Shown piece by piece: positions 9,403 to 18,677 of a DNA stretch of 64,000 bases. Source of the DNA: Candidatus Levyibacteriota bacterium (GTDB lineage Bacteria > Patescibacteriota > Microgenomatia > Levybacterales > UBA12049); contig JACPLF010000007.1 in NCBI GenBank assembly GCA_016186645.1, positions 126,651 through 190,650 on the forward strand, read 5' to 3'. Position numbers and translations under genes: made by a program. Within the stretch, counting starts at the first letter, position 1. Each line of letters starts with the position of its first letter. A model generated the notes under the pieces. The model was given only the letters and a program-made list of their open reading frames with translations. It was not told where the DNA came from and did no database searches.

Positions 9403-11147
9403 AATATCTACCATTATTTTTAATTTTAATTCTTGCTTTTATCTTGAGGGTATACGGACTAAATTGGGATCAAGGATTTCATTTGCACCCTGATGAACGG
9501 GCAATTGTAATTGCCTCTATACCCTTACAACTTCCTACCAATATTTCGGAACTTTTATCTGTCCAAAGCCCTTTAAATCCTCACTTTTTTGCATATGGGA
9601 GTTTACCAATGTATCTTCTTAAAGGGGTTGCTGTTCTCTTAACACCTTTTTATCCTCTTGCCTCATCATATGATCATATTAATTTAGTCGGACGTTTCCT
9701 CTCTGTTATTTTCGACATGGGAACTATTCTTATTATTTTTCTTCTGGGACAAAAACTTTTTTCAAGAAAAGTTGGACTAATAGCTGTATTTTTTTATACT
9801 ATAAGTGTTTTCCCTATCCAAGCTGCGCATTTTTATGCTGTTGATACCCCTCTTACTTTCTTTATTTTAGCAACTCTTTATATGCTTATTAGTTTCTATG
9901 AAAATCCTACAAAGAAAAAAGCTCTTTTTGTGGGGATATTATTTGGAATGTCTCTTGCAACGAAAACAAGTGCTTTAGTTCTGATAATGTCAATTGGAGC
10001 AGCATTAATTTCAGATTTTGTTTTGATATTTCTAAGAATTCCCCACCGACCTCATATTTGGTTTCCTCACATCCCTAAACTCATAAAAAAACTTTTAATA
10101 GAAGGTTTAATTATTTTAATATCAACAGTTATTTCTTTTATTATTTTTGAACCTTATGCTCTTTTGGATTTTAAGGAATTCTCAAGACAAACTCTGGAGC
10201 AATCGCAAATGACACATAATCCTTTCGCTTTCCCTTTTACCCTTCAGTACGTTGGAAAAATTCCATATTTCTATGAATTAAAAAATATTTTCTTTTGGGG
10301 TCAAGGACCGATTATTGCGACAATTTCTTTTTTGGGAACACTGTATATTAGTTTTCACCTAATAAAGAGACACCTCGGATGGTGGCGAAGCAACGACTTC
10401 GACTCCTCCGAGGTGGACAAGAGATGGGCACAAGAACTTATTCTTTTAATTTTTTTCTTAAGTTATTTTATTGTGGTTGGAAAATTTGCAGTCGGCTGGA
10501 TGCGCTACATGCTCCCTCTCTATCCTCTCCTTTCTCTTTTCGCAGCAGTTCTTGCTTATAAACTTCTAATTTTAATTAAGCGCAAATTTGGTTATTGGTA
10601 TTTATTTGTAGTATTGGTATTTATTTGTAGTATTTTATACTGGCCTTTATCTTTCGTGAATATTTATACAAAACCAAACACTCGCGTTTTGGCATCTGAG
10701 TGGATTAATCAAAATATTCCAGTAGGACCAACTCTTGCAATAGAACACTGGGATGATTCCCTTCCCTTGTTTGGCCAAGAAAAATATAAAATGCTTACAC
10801 TTCCGCTTTATGATCCCGATACTTCTGAAAAATGGAAAACAATAAATCAGGAATTATCAAAAACCGATTACATTATTATTGCTTCCAATCGACTTTATAC
10901 GCCACTTATGCGTTTGACAGATTGCAAAAAATTACCGGTGGGAAGATGCTATACGCAAACTTCTGAATATTATAAAAAACTATTTAGCGGATCTCTGGGT
11001 TTTAAGAAAGTAGCTGAATTCACATCGTATCCTAAATTTAGCTTCCCACTTGTCAAGTGGGAGCACGAAATAAATGATTCCTCAGCAGATGAATCTTTTA
11101 CGGTATACGATCATCCAAAAGTCCTAATTTTTCAGAAAATTCCTTGA
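9399..11147 (+). CDS. GT-C fold membrane glycosyltransferase (PMT_2/ArnT-like), paralogue of upstream gene
   Basis: LRVYGLNWD..LHPDER, NPHFFAYGS shared with previous ORF, RYMLP, DESFTVYDHP. Confidence 0.8.
   Translation: MKYLPLFLILILAFILRVYGLNWDQGFHLHPDERAIVIASIPLQLPTNISELLSVQSPLNPHFFAYGSLPMYLLKGVAVLLTPFYPLASSYDHINLVGRFLSVIFDMGTILIIFLLGQKLFSRKVGLIAVFFYTISVFPIQAAHFYAVDTPLTFFILATLYMLISFYENPTKKKALFVGILFGMSLATKTSALVLIMSIGAALISDFVLIFLRIPHRPHIWFPHIPKLIKKLLIEGLIILISTVISFIIFEPYALLDFKEFSRQTLEQSQMTHNPFAFPFTLQYVGKIPYFYELKNIFFWGQGPIIATISFLGTLYISFHLIKRHLGWWRSNDFDSSEVDKRWAQELILLIFFLSYFIVVGKFAVGWMRYMLPLYPLLSLFAAVLAYKLLILIKRKFGYWYLFVVLVFICSILYWPLSFVNIYTKPNTRVLASEWINQNIPVGPTLAIEHWDDSLPLFGQEKYKMLTLPLYDPDTSEKWKTINQELSKTDYIIIASNRLYTPLMRLTDCKKLPVGRCYTQTSEYYKKLFSGSLGFKKVAEFTSYPKFSFPLVKWEHEINDSSADESFTVYDHPKVLIFQKIP
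10371..10415. repeat. 45-bp palindromic element inserted in frame
   Basis: cacctcggatgg...cctccgaggtg terminal inverted repeat with inner gaag/cttc stem; encodes HLGWWRSNDFDSSEV in a loop between TM helices. Confidence 0.75.
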
Positions 11148-11178
11148 TCCACACCCTTGCCGGTGTTAGAATAGCCTA

Positions 11179-12222
11179 ATGACAAAAAAGGAAGTTTTAA
11201 TTACGGGAGGTTGTGGCTTCTTAGGAGTACATCTTGCAAGAAAGCTCCTTAGAGAAAATTATGAAGTAACTCTTTTTGATATTGTGAGTCCTGATGCAAA
11301 AGATCTGATTGAGAAAGTTAAATATATACAAGGGGATGTGCGAAACAAAAAAGCTATTGAGAATGCATTAAAAAACCAGGATTACGTTGTCCACGCAGCT
11401 GCAGCTTTACCAATTTTAAGAGAGAAAAAAATAATTTTCGACATAAATATAAACGGCACTGAAAATGTTTTGAGTTCTGCTTTGCAGAATAAAATAAAAA
11501 GATTAGTTTTCATTTCATCAACCGCAGTTTATGGAATTCCTAGACATCTTCCAGAAACAGAAACAAATCCTCTTGATCCAATTGGATATTATGGAGAATC
11601 AAAAGTTGCGGGAGAAAAATTGTGTTTGGAATATTTCAAAAAAGGACTATCTGTGAATATACTTCGCCCAAAATCATTTTTAGGCCCTGAGAGATTAGGT
11701 ATTTTTGAATTATGGTTTGAAGCGATATATAGAGATAAAAGCGTGTTCATTCTGGGTAACGGCAATAACAAATATCAACTCTTGGCAGTATCTGATGTGG
11801 TTGATGCAATAATAAGGGCAATGGAAAGTGAAATTGATGGAGAAATTTTCAACATTGGAGCAAAAGAGTTCCAGACTTGGAATAAAGATCTGGGATCTGT
11901 AATGAGATATGCAAAGTCCAAATCCAAAATAGTAAAACTCCCTACTCTACCTTCCCAGGTTATTTTAAGTATCTTAGAAAAATTGAATCTTTCCCCAATT
12001 GCTGCCTGGCATTATAAAACTATGCCTGTCGACTCATATATATCTATAAAAAAAGCAGAAAAATTATTAAATTGGGAGCCTGAAAAATCCAATGAGGAAT
12101 TATTAATTGAAAGTTATGACTGGTATAAAAAACACAGAAGTGAAATAATAAATAAAGTCGGGATTACCCACAGAGTCGGCTGGAATTTCAAGCTTATAAA
12201 TCTTATTAAGAATATATTTTAA
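11179..12222 (+). CDS. NAD-dependent epimerase/dehydratase (extended SDR)
   Basis: ITGGCGFLG, SSTAVYG, YGESK (YxxxK). Confidence 0.9.
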   Translation: MTKKEVLITGGCGFLGVHLARKLLRENYEVTLFDIVSPDAKDLIEKVKYIQGDVRNKKAIENALKNQDYVVHAAAALPILREKKIIFDININGTENVLSSALQNKIKRLVFISSTAVYGIPRHLPETETNPLDPIGYYGESKVAGEKLCLEYFKKGLSVNILRPKSFLGPERLGIFELWFEAIYRDKSVFILGNGNNKYQLLAVSDVVDAIIRAMESEIDGEIFNIGAKEFQTWNKDLGSVMRYAKSKSKIVKLPTLPSQVILSILEKLNLSPIAAWHYKTMPVDSYISIKKAEKLLNWEPEKSNEELLIESYDWYKKHRSEIINKVGITHRVGWNFKLINLIKNIF

Positions 12223-12224
12223 AG

Positions 12225-12791
12225 ATGAATATTGGATTTGATTTAGATAAAATATTTATTAATTATCCTCCTTTTGTTCCATCAAAAATTATTGATTTAT
12301 TATATAAAGGAAAACCGCGTGCGGAATTGGAATATCGTATACCGTCAAGATTGGAGCAGATTATTAGAATATTCAGCCACCACCCTATATTTAGATCTCC
12401 TATAGCTGAAAACATGAATTATGTTAAAGACTTAGCTTTACAGAATGAAAATAAATATTATCTTATTTCCAGTAGATTCAGCTTTTTGGAGAAAAAAACA
12501 ACAGAACTTATAAAGCGTCTCAGCCTAGATAAAATATTTAATGCGATGTATTTCAACTACAATAATGAACAGCCTCATCTTTTTAAAAACGGAGTGCTAA
12601 AGAAGTTAAAACTTGATATGTACATTGACGATGATTTGCAACTTTTGGAATATCTAGGGAATAAAAATCCTAAAATCAAATTTTTCTGGTTGAATAAGAA
12701 GTTTAGCAGATCATTGAAAAAAAATTTATTTGCTATAAAAAACATTTCGGAAATGTTCACCCCGCACCAAAATGGTGCAGGGTTCAAATAA
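12225..12791 (+). CDS. HAD-superfamily phosphatase-like protein
   Basis: MNIGFDLD motif I, ISSR motif II, K...YIDDD motif IV. Confidence 0.7.
   Translation: MNIGFDLDKIFINYPPFVPSKIIDLLYKGKPRAELEYRIPSRLEQIIRIFSHHPIFRSPIAENMNYVKDLALQNENKYYLISSRFSFLEKKTTELIKRLSLDKIFNAMYFNYNNEQPHLFKNGVLKKLKLDMYIDDDLQLLEYLGNKNPKIKFFWLNKKFSRSLKKNLFAIKNISEMFTPHQNGAGFK
12759..12783. repeat. Short hairpin element at gene junction
   Basis: accccgcacca-aaa-tggtgcagggt (10/11 bp stem); supplies the C-terminal TPHQNGAG of the HAD ORF. Confidence 0.6.
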
Positions 12792-12792
12792 T

Positions 12793-15069
12793 ATGCTCCT
12801 CTCGGATTTGCTTAATATTTTCCAATGGTGGGCAACATTTTTTTTTGCTGGCGTTATCTTTATTCCCATAACAACTTTGATCTTTCCCAACTTTTTCGAT
12901 AAGGGTTATATTTTTGCGAAAGTTATAGGAATAGCATTAATAAGTTATACAATTTTTGTTTTAGGGTTTTTAAAACTACTTCCTTTTGAAACGCAAAATC
13001 TCTACATAATTCTAGGATTGTTTATTCCTATCAATTTATTGATTGGGAGAAAAAGTAAACTCAATTTCAAGCAGATACTCCCAATAATTATTATAGAAGA
13101 ATTTTTATTCGCAGCAATTCTTTTGTTTTGGTCTTTTATCCATGCCCACCAACCGGACATTCATGGGCTGGAAAAATATATGGATTATGGATTTATAAAT
13201 TCTATTTTAAGAGCTAAGTATTTTCCTCCTTTAGATATGTGGCTTACACCCTACCCTATTAACTATTATTATTTTGGGCATTTAGTAACTGCTGTTTTGA
13301 CAAAGCTTTCATTTCTTTCGTCATCAATTACTTTCAATTTAACGCTTTCAACAATCGCTGCATTTACTTTTACAGGTGCATTTTCAATTGGCGCAAATCT
13401 CCTATATTTTTTAAACAAAAACGGTAAAAATTCGAAATTACCAATAATCGGAGGCATTCTTACTGGACTTATACTAGGTTTTGCAGGAAACCTGCATACA
13501 GTTTATTTATTTTTCAAGCCTTATGAAAATGAAAATCCTGTACCTTTTTGGCAGTTAATCTTTTCTCCTAATACATTTCCAAATAGCTATTGGTATCCAA
13601 ATGCAACGCGCTTCATCGAAAACACTATTCACGAATTTCCAATCTATTCCTCTGTTGTTTCCGATCTGCATGGCCACGTTCTAGACATACCTTTTGTACT
13701 GCTAACAATAGCTATTCTTTTATCAATATTTTTTAGATTTAATAATCAATCCTCAATTCAAAATTTAAAATTCAAAATTCAAAGTGACAATTCAAAATTC
13801 AAAATCTTAAACTTTGAGTTTCCGTTTTTAACTTTTAACTTTTCACTTTTAACTTTGCTAGCATTTTTGCTAGCAATTATGTATATGATCAATGCTTGGG
13901 ACGGAATAATATATTTCTTATTGACAGCAATCGTAATTGCCTATGTCAAGCTAAAGTCAATAATACAAATTTCTCCCCACCAAAGTATTAAGTATTATGT
14001 ATCAAGTATTAAACAATCAAAGTACCTAATACCTACTACTTTATACTTAATACTTATTTTTGTTGGGTTTTTCCTTTTTACTTTACCTTTTAATCTTAAT
14101 TTCAAGCCTTTTGCTTCGGGGATTGGCGTACTTTGTGCGCCAAAATTTCTAACAGACATAGGACAATTTGGACCTTTCCTTTTTGAGCCAGACCATTGCC
14201 AACATTCACCTTTATGGCAATTATTTATTCTATATGGCTTTTTCTATTTTTGGATTTTTGGATTTTTAGTTTTTAAAATTAGAAATTTTTCTCCACCCGA
14301 TATCTTTGTATTGATTCTAATCCTGTTATCCGCTCTTCTTATTATCATTCCTGAATTTATATATGTAAAAGATATTTATCCTGCACACTACAGAGCAAAC
14401 ACCATGTTCAAACTTGTATATCAGTCATTCATGATGCTTTCTATCTCCTCGGGCTATATAATGGTTAGGCTAGTATCAAGTATTAAGTATTACGTATTAA
14501 GTATCGAGAAAAAAATTCTTTATGTCTTATACTTTATACCTGCTACCTTATACTTAATACTGGTATTCTTTTATCCTTATTTTGCGATTAATTCCTACTT
14601 TGGAAATTTAAAAACTTACCATGGTCTTGATGGAACAAGTTATCTTAAGCCACTTTATCCAAATGACTATGAAGCCATTTTGTGGATTAATAAAAACATT
14701 AAAGGACAACCAATTATTCTTGAAGCGCAGGGAGATTCGTATACCGACTATGGTCGCGTATCAGCCAATACCGGACTACCAACTGTTTTAGGATGGACTG
14801 TTCATGAATGGCTTTGGCGCGGAACCTATGATATTCCTTCCCCTCGGATCGAAGAAGTTGCAAAAATGTACGAATCCGATAATTCGAAAGAGATAGAATC
14901 CTTGTTAAAAAAATATAAAGTTTCGCTTATATTTATTGGTGAGTTAGAAAGACAAAAATATCCAAATCTTAATGAGGAAAAATTTCAGCTTTTAGGAAAA
15001 ACTATTTATCAAAAAGGCGATACAAGGATATTCCAGTCGATCACTGAAGAGGACAATCGCCAATTTTAA
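12793..15069 (+). CDS. YYY/DUF2298-family integral membrane protein (putative GT-C glycosyltransferase)
   Basis: GLEKYMD, FPPLDMWL..INYYYFG, TIHEFP, DLHGH, NAWD, RANTMFK, TGLPTVLGW. ATG 12793 preferred over 12772, which lies inside a hairpin element. Confidence 0.8.
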   Translation: MLLSDLLNIFQWWATFFFAGVIFIPITTLIFPNFFDKGYIFAKVIGIALISYTIFVLGFLKLLPFETQNLYIILGLFIPINLLIGRKSKLNFKQILPIIIIEEFLFAAILLFWSFIHAHQPDIHGLEKYMDYGFINSILRAKYFPPLDMWLTPYPINYYYFGHLVTAVLTKLSFLSSSITFNLTLSTIAAFTFTGAFSIGANLLYFLNKNGKNSKLPIIGGILTGLILGFAGNLHTVYLFFKPYENENPVPFWQLIFSPNTFPNSYWYPNATRFIENTIHEFPIYSSVVSDLHGHVLDIPFVLLTIAILLSIFFRFNNQSSIQNLKFKIQSDNSKFKILNFEFPFLTFNFSLLTLLAFLLAIMYMINAWDGIIYFLLTAIVIAYVKLKSIIQISPHQSIKYYVSSIKQSKYLIPTTLYLILIFVGFFLFTLPFNLNFKPFASGIGVLCAPKFLTDIGQFGPFLFEPDHCQHSPLWQLFILYGFFYFWIFGFLVFKIRNFSPPDIFVLILILLSALLIIIPEFIYVKDIYPAHYRANTMFKLVYQSFMMLSISSGYIMVRLVSSIKYYVLSIEKKILYVLYFIPATLYLILVFFYPYFAINSYFGNLKTYHGLDGTSYLKPLYPNDYEAILWINKNIKGQPIILEAQGDSYTDYGRVSANTGLPTVLGWTVHEWLWRGTYDIPSPRIEEVAKMYESDNSKEIESLLKKYKVSLIFIGELERQKYPNLNEEKFQLLGKTIYQKGDTRIFQSITEEDNRQF
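13755..13856. repeat. Mirror-arranged 7-mer arrays in frame in the YYY gene
   Basis: (aattcaa)n left arm and (actttta)n right arm; encodes IQNLKFKIQSDNSKFKILNFEFPFLTFNFSLLTL. Confidence 0.8.
13983..14055. repeat. Inverted pair of 7-mer arrays (agtatta / tacttaa), copy 1
   Basis: aagtattaagtattatgtatcaagtattaa ... tacctaatacctactactttatacttaatactt; outer 13 bp pair perfectly. Confidence 0.85.
14472..14561. repeat. Inverted pair of 7-mer arrays (agtatta / tacttaa), copy 2
   Basis: agtatcaagtattaagtattacgtattaagtatcg ... tactttatacctgctaccttatacttaatact. Confidence 0.85.
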
Positions 15070-16150
15070 TCTCGCACTCGACATGCCTCTGAACTTCTGA
15101 AAAATCCTCTCTTCCTCTTCGGGGGATTAAAACCCATTGATTATTATAGACGGGAGATTCAGGTGGATTAATAAAAATACCTTGTTTTTCCGAATAGGGA
15201 TCTGAGTAGAAAAAAACTACACTATTGACTTGAACATCTTTAACTTTCATGGCAAGTTTTGCAAAATCATCATATTCCTGAGCTTGTATGTTGGTATGAA
15301 TACTATCCTGAAAAACATTATATAAGTTCATAAGTTTTCCAGGGTTAAGTAAGGTATTCAAAGAAAATACTTTATCTTTAAATGCTTCTATTACTATTTC
15401 TTGGCGTCTGGATCTTGCAAAATCTGTGCCTTCTGTTCCTTTCGCATGGCGTGACCGAACAAACTTAAGCGCTTTTTCTCCGTCCATGTGCTGGACCCCA
15501 TCTTTAAAAACTAAGTGTTCATAGCGGCATGGAAATACCTCGAAGATAGCTGATGATGTTGCTCTTTTTTCGAATTCTTCTCCTGTAAATCCACATGGAT
15601 CTGTTTCTTTCCCGGCAATTGGATATTCCAAATCTTCAAATCCTTTCTGAACGCTTACATCTATCCCTCCAACCATATCTATTGCCTTTATAAATCCATT
15701 GAAATCGATACGCAGAACATAGTCGACAGGTTGATTGAAAATTTTCTCAACCACTGCTTTTGTCAAAAGGAGTCCTCCATCTTTTTTTCTCGCCTCTCCA
15801 GAAGAGTAAGCGGTATTGATTTTTGATTTCAGATCTGTGATCCATAAATCTCGGGGGATAGAAATAAGCGTTACTTTTTGGAATTCTGGGTCAATGCTTA
15901 CATAAATCAGAGTATCTGTGAGAAGCGGACCATCGTGTTTTCCTCCTCCAATGCCTAGAAATAATACATTCACCCTATCTTCTGTCTTTTTTAGATCAAT
16001 CTCCTTATGGAAAAAATATTGGAAAATAACAGGAGACCATTTAGCTCCCTCGACAAGAAGCCGTCCAAAAAGTCCAACAAAAAGAAATACCAATGCTATT
16101 ATTATCGCCTTCTTATGCGTTTTTAATGATTGCGTAAAATTCTTGAGCAT
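15041..16150 (-). CDS. LCP (LytR-CpsA-Psr) family glycopolymer transferase
   Basis: VNVLFLGIGG..LTDT, LISIPRDLW, KINTAY, ALKFVRSR, DFARSRRQ. ATG 16150 preferred over track start 16183. Confidence 0.92.
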   Translation of the reverse strand: MLKNFTQSLKTHKKAIIIALVFLFVGLFGRLLVEGAKWSPVIFQYFFHKEIDLKKTEDRVNVLFLGIGGGKHDGPLLTDTLIYVSIDPEFQKVTLISIPRDLWITDLKSKINTAYSSGEARKKDGGLLLTKAVVEKIFNQPVDYVLRIDFNGFIKAIDMVGGIDVSVQKGFEDLEYPIAGKETDPCGFTGEEFEKRATSSAIFEVFPCRYEHLVFKDGVQHMDGEKALKFVRSRHAKGTEGTDFARSRRQEIVIEAFKDKVFSLNTLLNPGKLMNLYNVFQDSIHTNIQAQEYDDFAKLAMKVKDVQVNSVVFFYSDPYSEKQGIFINPPESPVYNNQWVLIPRRGREDFSEVQRHVECEIKIGDCPLQ

Positions 16151-16772
16151 CAAGACTTGCCCCCCCAACCAAGACTCCGTCAATATTCGACATTTGAGTA
16201 AACTTTTTTACATTCTCCGATGTTACACTTCCTCCATAAAGAACATATTGGACTTTGTAATTTTTTTTGAAAAATGCAGCAACTTCTTGTGCACTTTCCG
16301 CAGTATCAGGGCGTCCTGTTCCTATTGCATTAATAGGTTCATATGCGACTATAGCGATATCCGAAGGAATCTTTGTCTCGATTCCCTGGACACAAAAAAT
16401 TGGGGCCAAACCATGCTGCTTTGATAACTCCGCTTTTTTAAACAATATTTCATCATTTTCATTAAAATTCGTTCTTCTTTCAGAATGACCAATGAGGACG
16501 TAGTCTGCAAATTCTTTAATCTGCCTTGCAGATACCTCTCCAGTATAGGCACCTTCATCAAAAGGGGAAACATTTTGCGCCCCAATCTTAAATCCTAATT
16601 CATAATTCTTGATTACCGATTCAATTTCAGAAAGAAGAGTAAAAGACGGACATATAATTATCTCCTTATTCATAATTCGTAAATCATAATTCTTAAATCT
16701 CTGAAACCAAAAATCAGCTTCAGAACTCGTGAAATTCGACTTCCAATTAGCCACAATAAAGGTCTTTTTCAT
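16113..16772 (-). CDS. tpiA: Triosephosphate isomerase
   Basis: VANWK, GAQN, GAYTGEVS, IGHSERR, AYEP..AIGTG, YGGSV, DGVLVGGASL. Start could be 16781 or 16772. Confidence 0.95.
   Translation of the reverse strand: MKKTFIVANWKSNFTSSEADFWFQRFKNYDLRIMNKEIIICPSFTLLSEIESVIKNYELGFKIGAQNVSPFDEGAYTGEVSARQIKEFADYVLIGHSERRTNFNENDEILFKKAELSKQHGLAPIFCVQGIETKIPSDIAIVAYEPINAIGTGRPDTAESAQEVAAFFKKNYKVQYVLYGGSVTSENVKKFTQMSNIDGVLVGGASLDAQEFYAIIKNA
16584..16701. repeat. Two 7-mer arrays in tpiA (16584-16614, 16667-16701)
   Basis: aatctt aaatcct aattcat aattctt gatt and tattcat aattcgt aaatcat aattctt aaatctc; encode IKNYELGFKI and RFKNYDLRIMN. Confidence 0.75.
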
Positions 16773-16796
16773 ATGGTACAATTACAACATTATACT

Positions 16797-18677
16797 ATGG
16801 ATCAAGACTTTCTAAAAGACTTAAATCAGGAACAACAAAAAGCAGTTTTGCAGACTGATGGTCCGGTAATCATTCTGGCAGGAGCAGGATCTGGAAAAAC
16901 AAGAGTGTTAACGTATAAAGTCATGTATTTAATACAAGATATGAAAATTGATCCCTTCAATATTCTAATGGTAACCTTTACCAATAAAGCTGCTAATGAA
17001 ATGAAAGAACGTGTCCAAAAAATGGGTGCAATTCCGACCGTTGCTACTTTTCATTCTTTATGCGCCAAAATTCTGAGGATTGAAGGAAAACATATAAACC
17101 TTCCTTCGCAATTCGCAATATATGATACGCAAGATAGTCTGGAGGCTATAAAAGAAGCAATGAAAAGGCTGAATATTTCTATAAAAGATTACAAACCGTC
17201 CTCTATTCTGGCGAATATATCGCAGGCAAAAAATGAACTTATCAATGATTCCGAATATTTAAAATATGCAAGAGGGAATTTCCAGGAAAAAGTTGCAAAG
17301 ATTTATCCTGTGTATCAAAAAATTTTAGCAGAAAACCATGCTCTTGATTTTGACGATCTTCTTTCTAAAACCGTGTTATTGTTTGAAGAAAATTTAACAA
17401 TTCTTGAAAAATATCAAGATCGTTTTCGTTATATCTTGATAGATGAGTACCAGGATACAAATCGAGCCCAATATATCTTGACTAAAAAATTAGCCAAAAA
17501 GTGGAATAATGTGTGTATTGTTGGAGATTTTTCCCAAAGCATATATAGCTGGAGAGGTGCGGATTTTACCAATCTATCCCGTTTCAAGGAGGATTTTAAA
17601 AATACAAAAACTTTTTCTCTTTCCCAAAACTATCGATCTACACAAAAAATTTTGGATAGCGCCTCATCGGTAATATCCAAAAATACAACTCACCCAGTAT
17701 TAAATCTTTGGACGGAAAATCCGAACGGTGATGAAGTTGTTATTTTTGAAGCACAAAATGAGCAGCAAGAAATAGAATTCGTAGTAAATACAATAGGAGA
17801 ATTTAGACTACAAGAAAAGAAAGATTTTAAATTTTCCAATAATGCTGTCCTGTATAGGACTAACGCTCAATCGCGAGTTTTGGAAGAAGTTTTTTTACAT
17901 AATAGTATTCCGTATGTCCTAATTGGGGGTACACGGTTCTACGAAAGAAAAGAAATAAAAGACGTACTCGCTTATTTGAGAGCATTGGATAACAAAAAGG
18001 ATAAGATATCTTTAAAGCGCATTGAAAAAATTGGAAAAAGAAAAATGGAGAAATTTCTAGAATTTCAAGAGAAAGTAAACGTCACTCTGGGGAGGTCGAC
18101 GCTTCGACCGACTCCAAAATCCGATTCTGGACAAGCCAGAATGACAACATTAGAACTTCTGGACAAAGTGCTAAATGTAACCGATTACCTATCTTTATAT
18201 GATGACCGTGACGAAGAAGATAGACAAAGACTGGAAAATATTAAGGAACTTCGTTCTGTAGCTTTTGAATTTTCCGATCTTACTAATTTTTTAGAAAATG
18301 TCTCCCTTGTTGAACAAGAATATATGCCGGATCCTTCGGCAAGCTCAGGACAAGCAAAGAAAGATGCTGTAACTCTTATGACACTACATGCAGCTAAAGG
18401 TCTTGAATTCCCATACGTATTTATGATCGGCATGGAAGAAGGACTTTTTCCACACTCTCGCTCATTAATGGAGAAGAATGAACTTGAGGAAGAAAGAAGA
18501 CTCTGCTATGTAGGAATGACTAGGGCTCGGAAAAGGCTCTTTTTAACCTATGCTAGAAGAAGAATATTCTTTGGTCAAAAAATTTCAAATATCGTTTCCA
18601 GATTTATTTTGGAACTTCCTGAAAATGTAATTGAACAAAATATTTCCTTAACTAACAATTATGAAAGCCTTAACTAA
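16797..18677 (+). CDS. pcrA: ATP-dependent SF1 DNA helicase PcrA/UvrD
   Basis: LAGAGSGKT, TFTNKAA, DEYQDTN, QNYRS, LYRTNAQ, TLHAAKGLEF, EERRLCYVGMTRAR. ATG 16797 preferred. Confidence 0.95.
   Translation: MDQDFLKDLNQEQQKAVLQTDGPVIILAGAGSGKTRVLTYKVMYLIQDMKIDPFNILMVTFTNKAANEMKERVQKMGAIPTVATFHSLCAKILRIEGKHINLPSQFAIYDTQDSLEAIKEAMKRLNISIKDYKPSSILANISQAKNELINDSEYLKYARGNFQEKVAKIYPVYQKILAENHALDFDDLLSKTVLLFEENLTILEKYQDRFRYILIDEYQDTNRAQYILTKKLAKKWNNVCIVGDFSQSIYSWRGADFTNLSRFKEDFKNTKTFSLSQNYRSTQKILDSASSVISKNTTHPVLNLWTENPNGDEVVIFEAQNEQQEIEFVVNTIGEFRLQEKKDFKFSNNAVLYRTNAQSRVLEEVFLHNSIPYVLIGGTRFYERKEIKDVLAYLRALDNKKDKISLKRIEKIGKRKMEKFLEFQEKVNVTLGRSTLRPTPKSDSGQARMTTLELLDKVLNVTDYLSLYDDRDEEDRQRLENIKELRSVAFEFSDLTNFLENVSLVEQEYMPDPSASSGQAKKDAVTLMTLHAAKGLEFPYVFMIGMEEGLFPHSRSLMEKNELEEERRLCYVGMTRARKRLFLTYARRRIFFGQKISNIVSRFILELPENVIEQNISLTNNYESLN
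18081..18145. repeat. GTCA...TGAC palindromic element in frame in pcrA/uvrD
   Basis: gtcactctgggg...gactccaaaatccgattctggacaagccagaatgac; shares cgattctggacaagccagaatgaca with the guaA copy at 54802-54858. Confidence 0.9.
18332..18355 (+). repeat. Short element ccttcgRcaRgctcaggRcaa in frame in pcrA/uvrD
   Basis: tccttcggcaagctcaggacaagc, encodes PSASSGQA; 22/24 identical to the dnaG copy. Confidence 0.85.
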
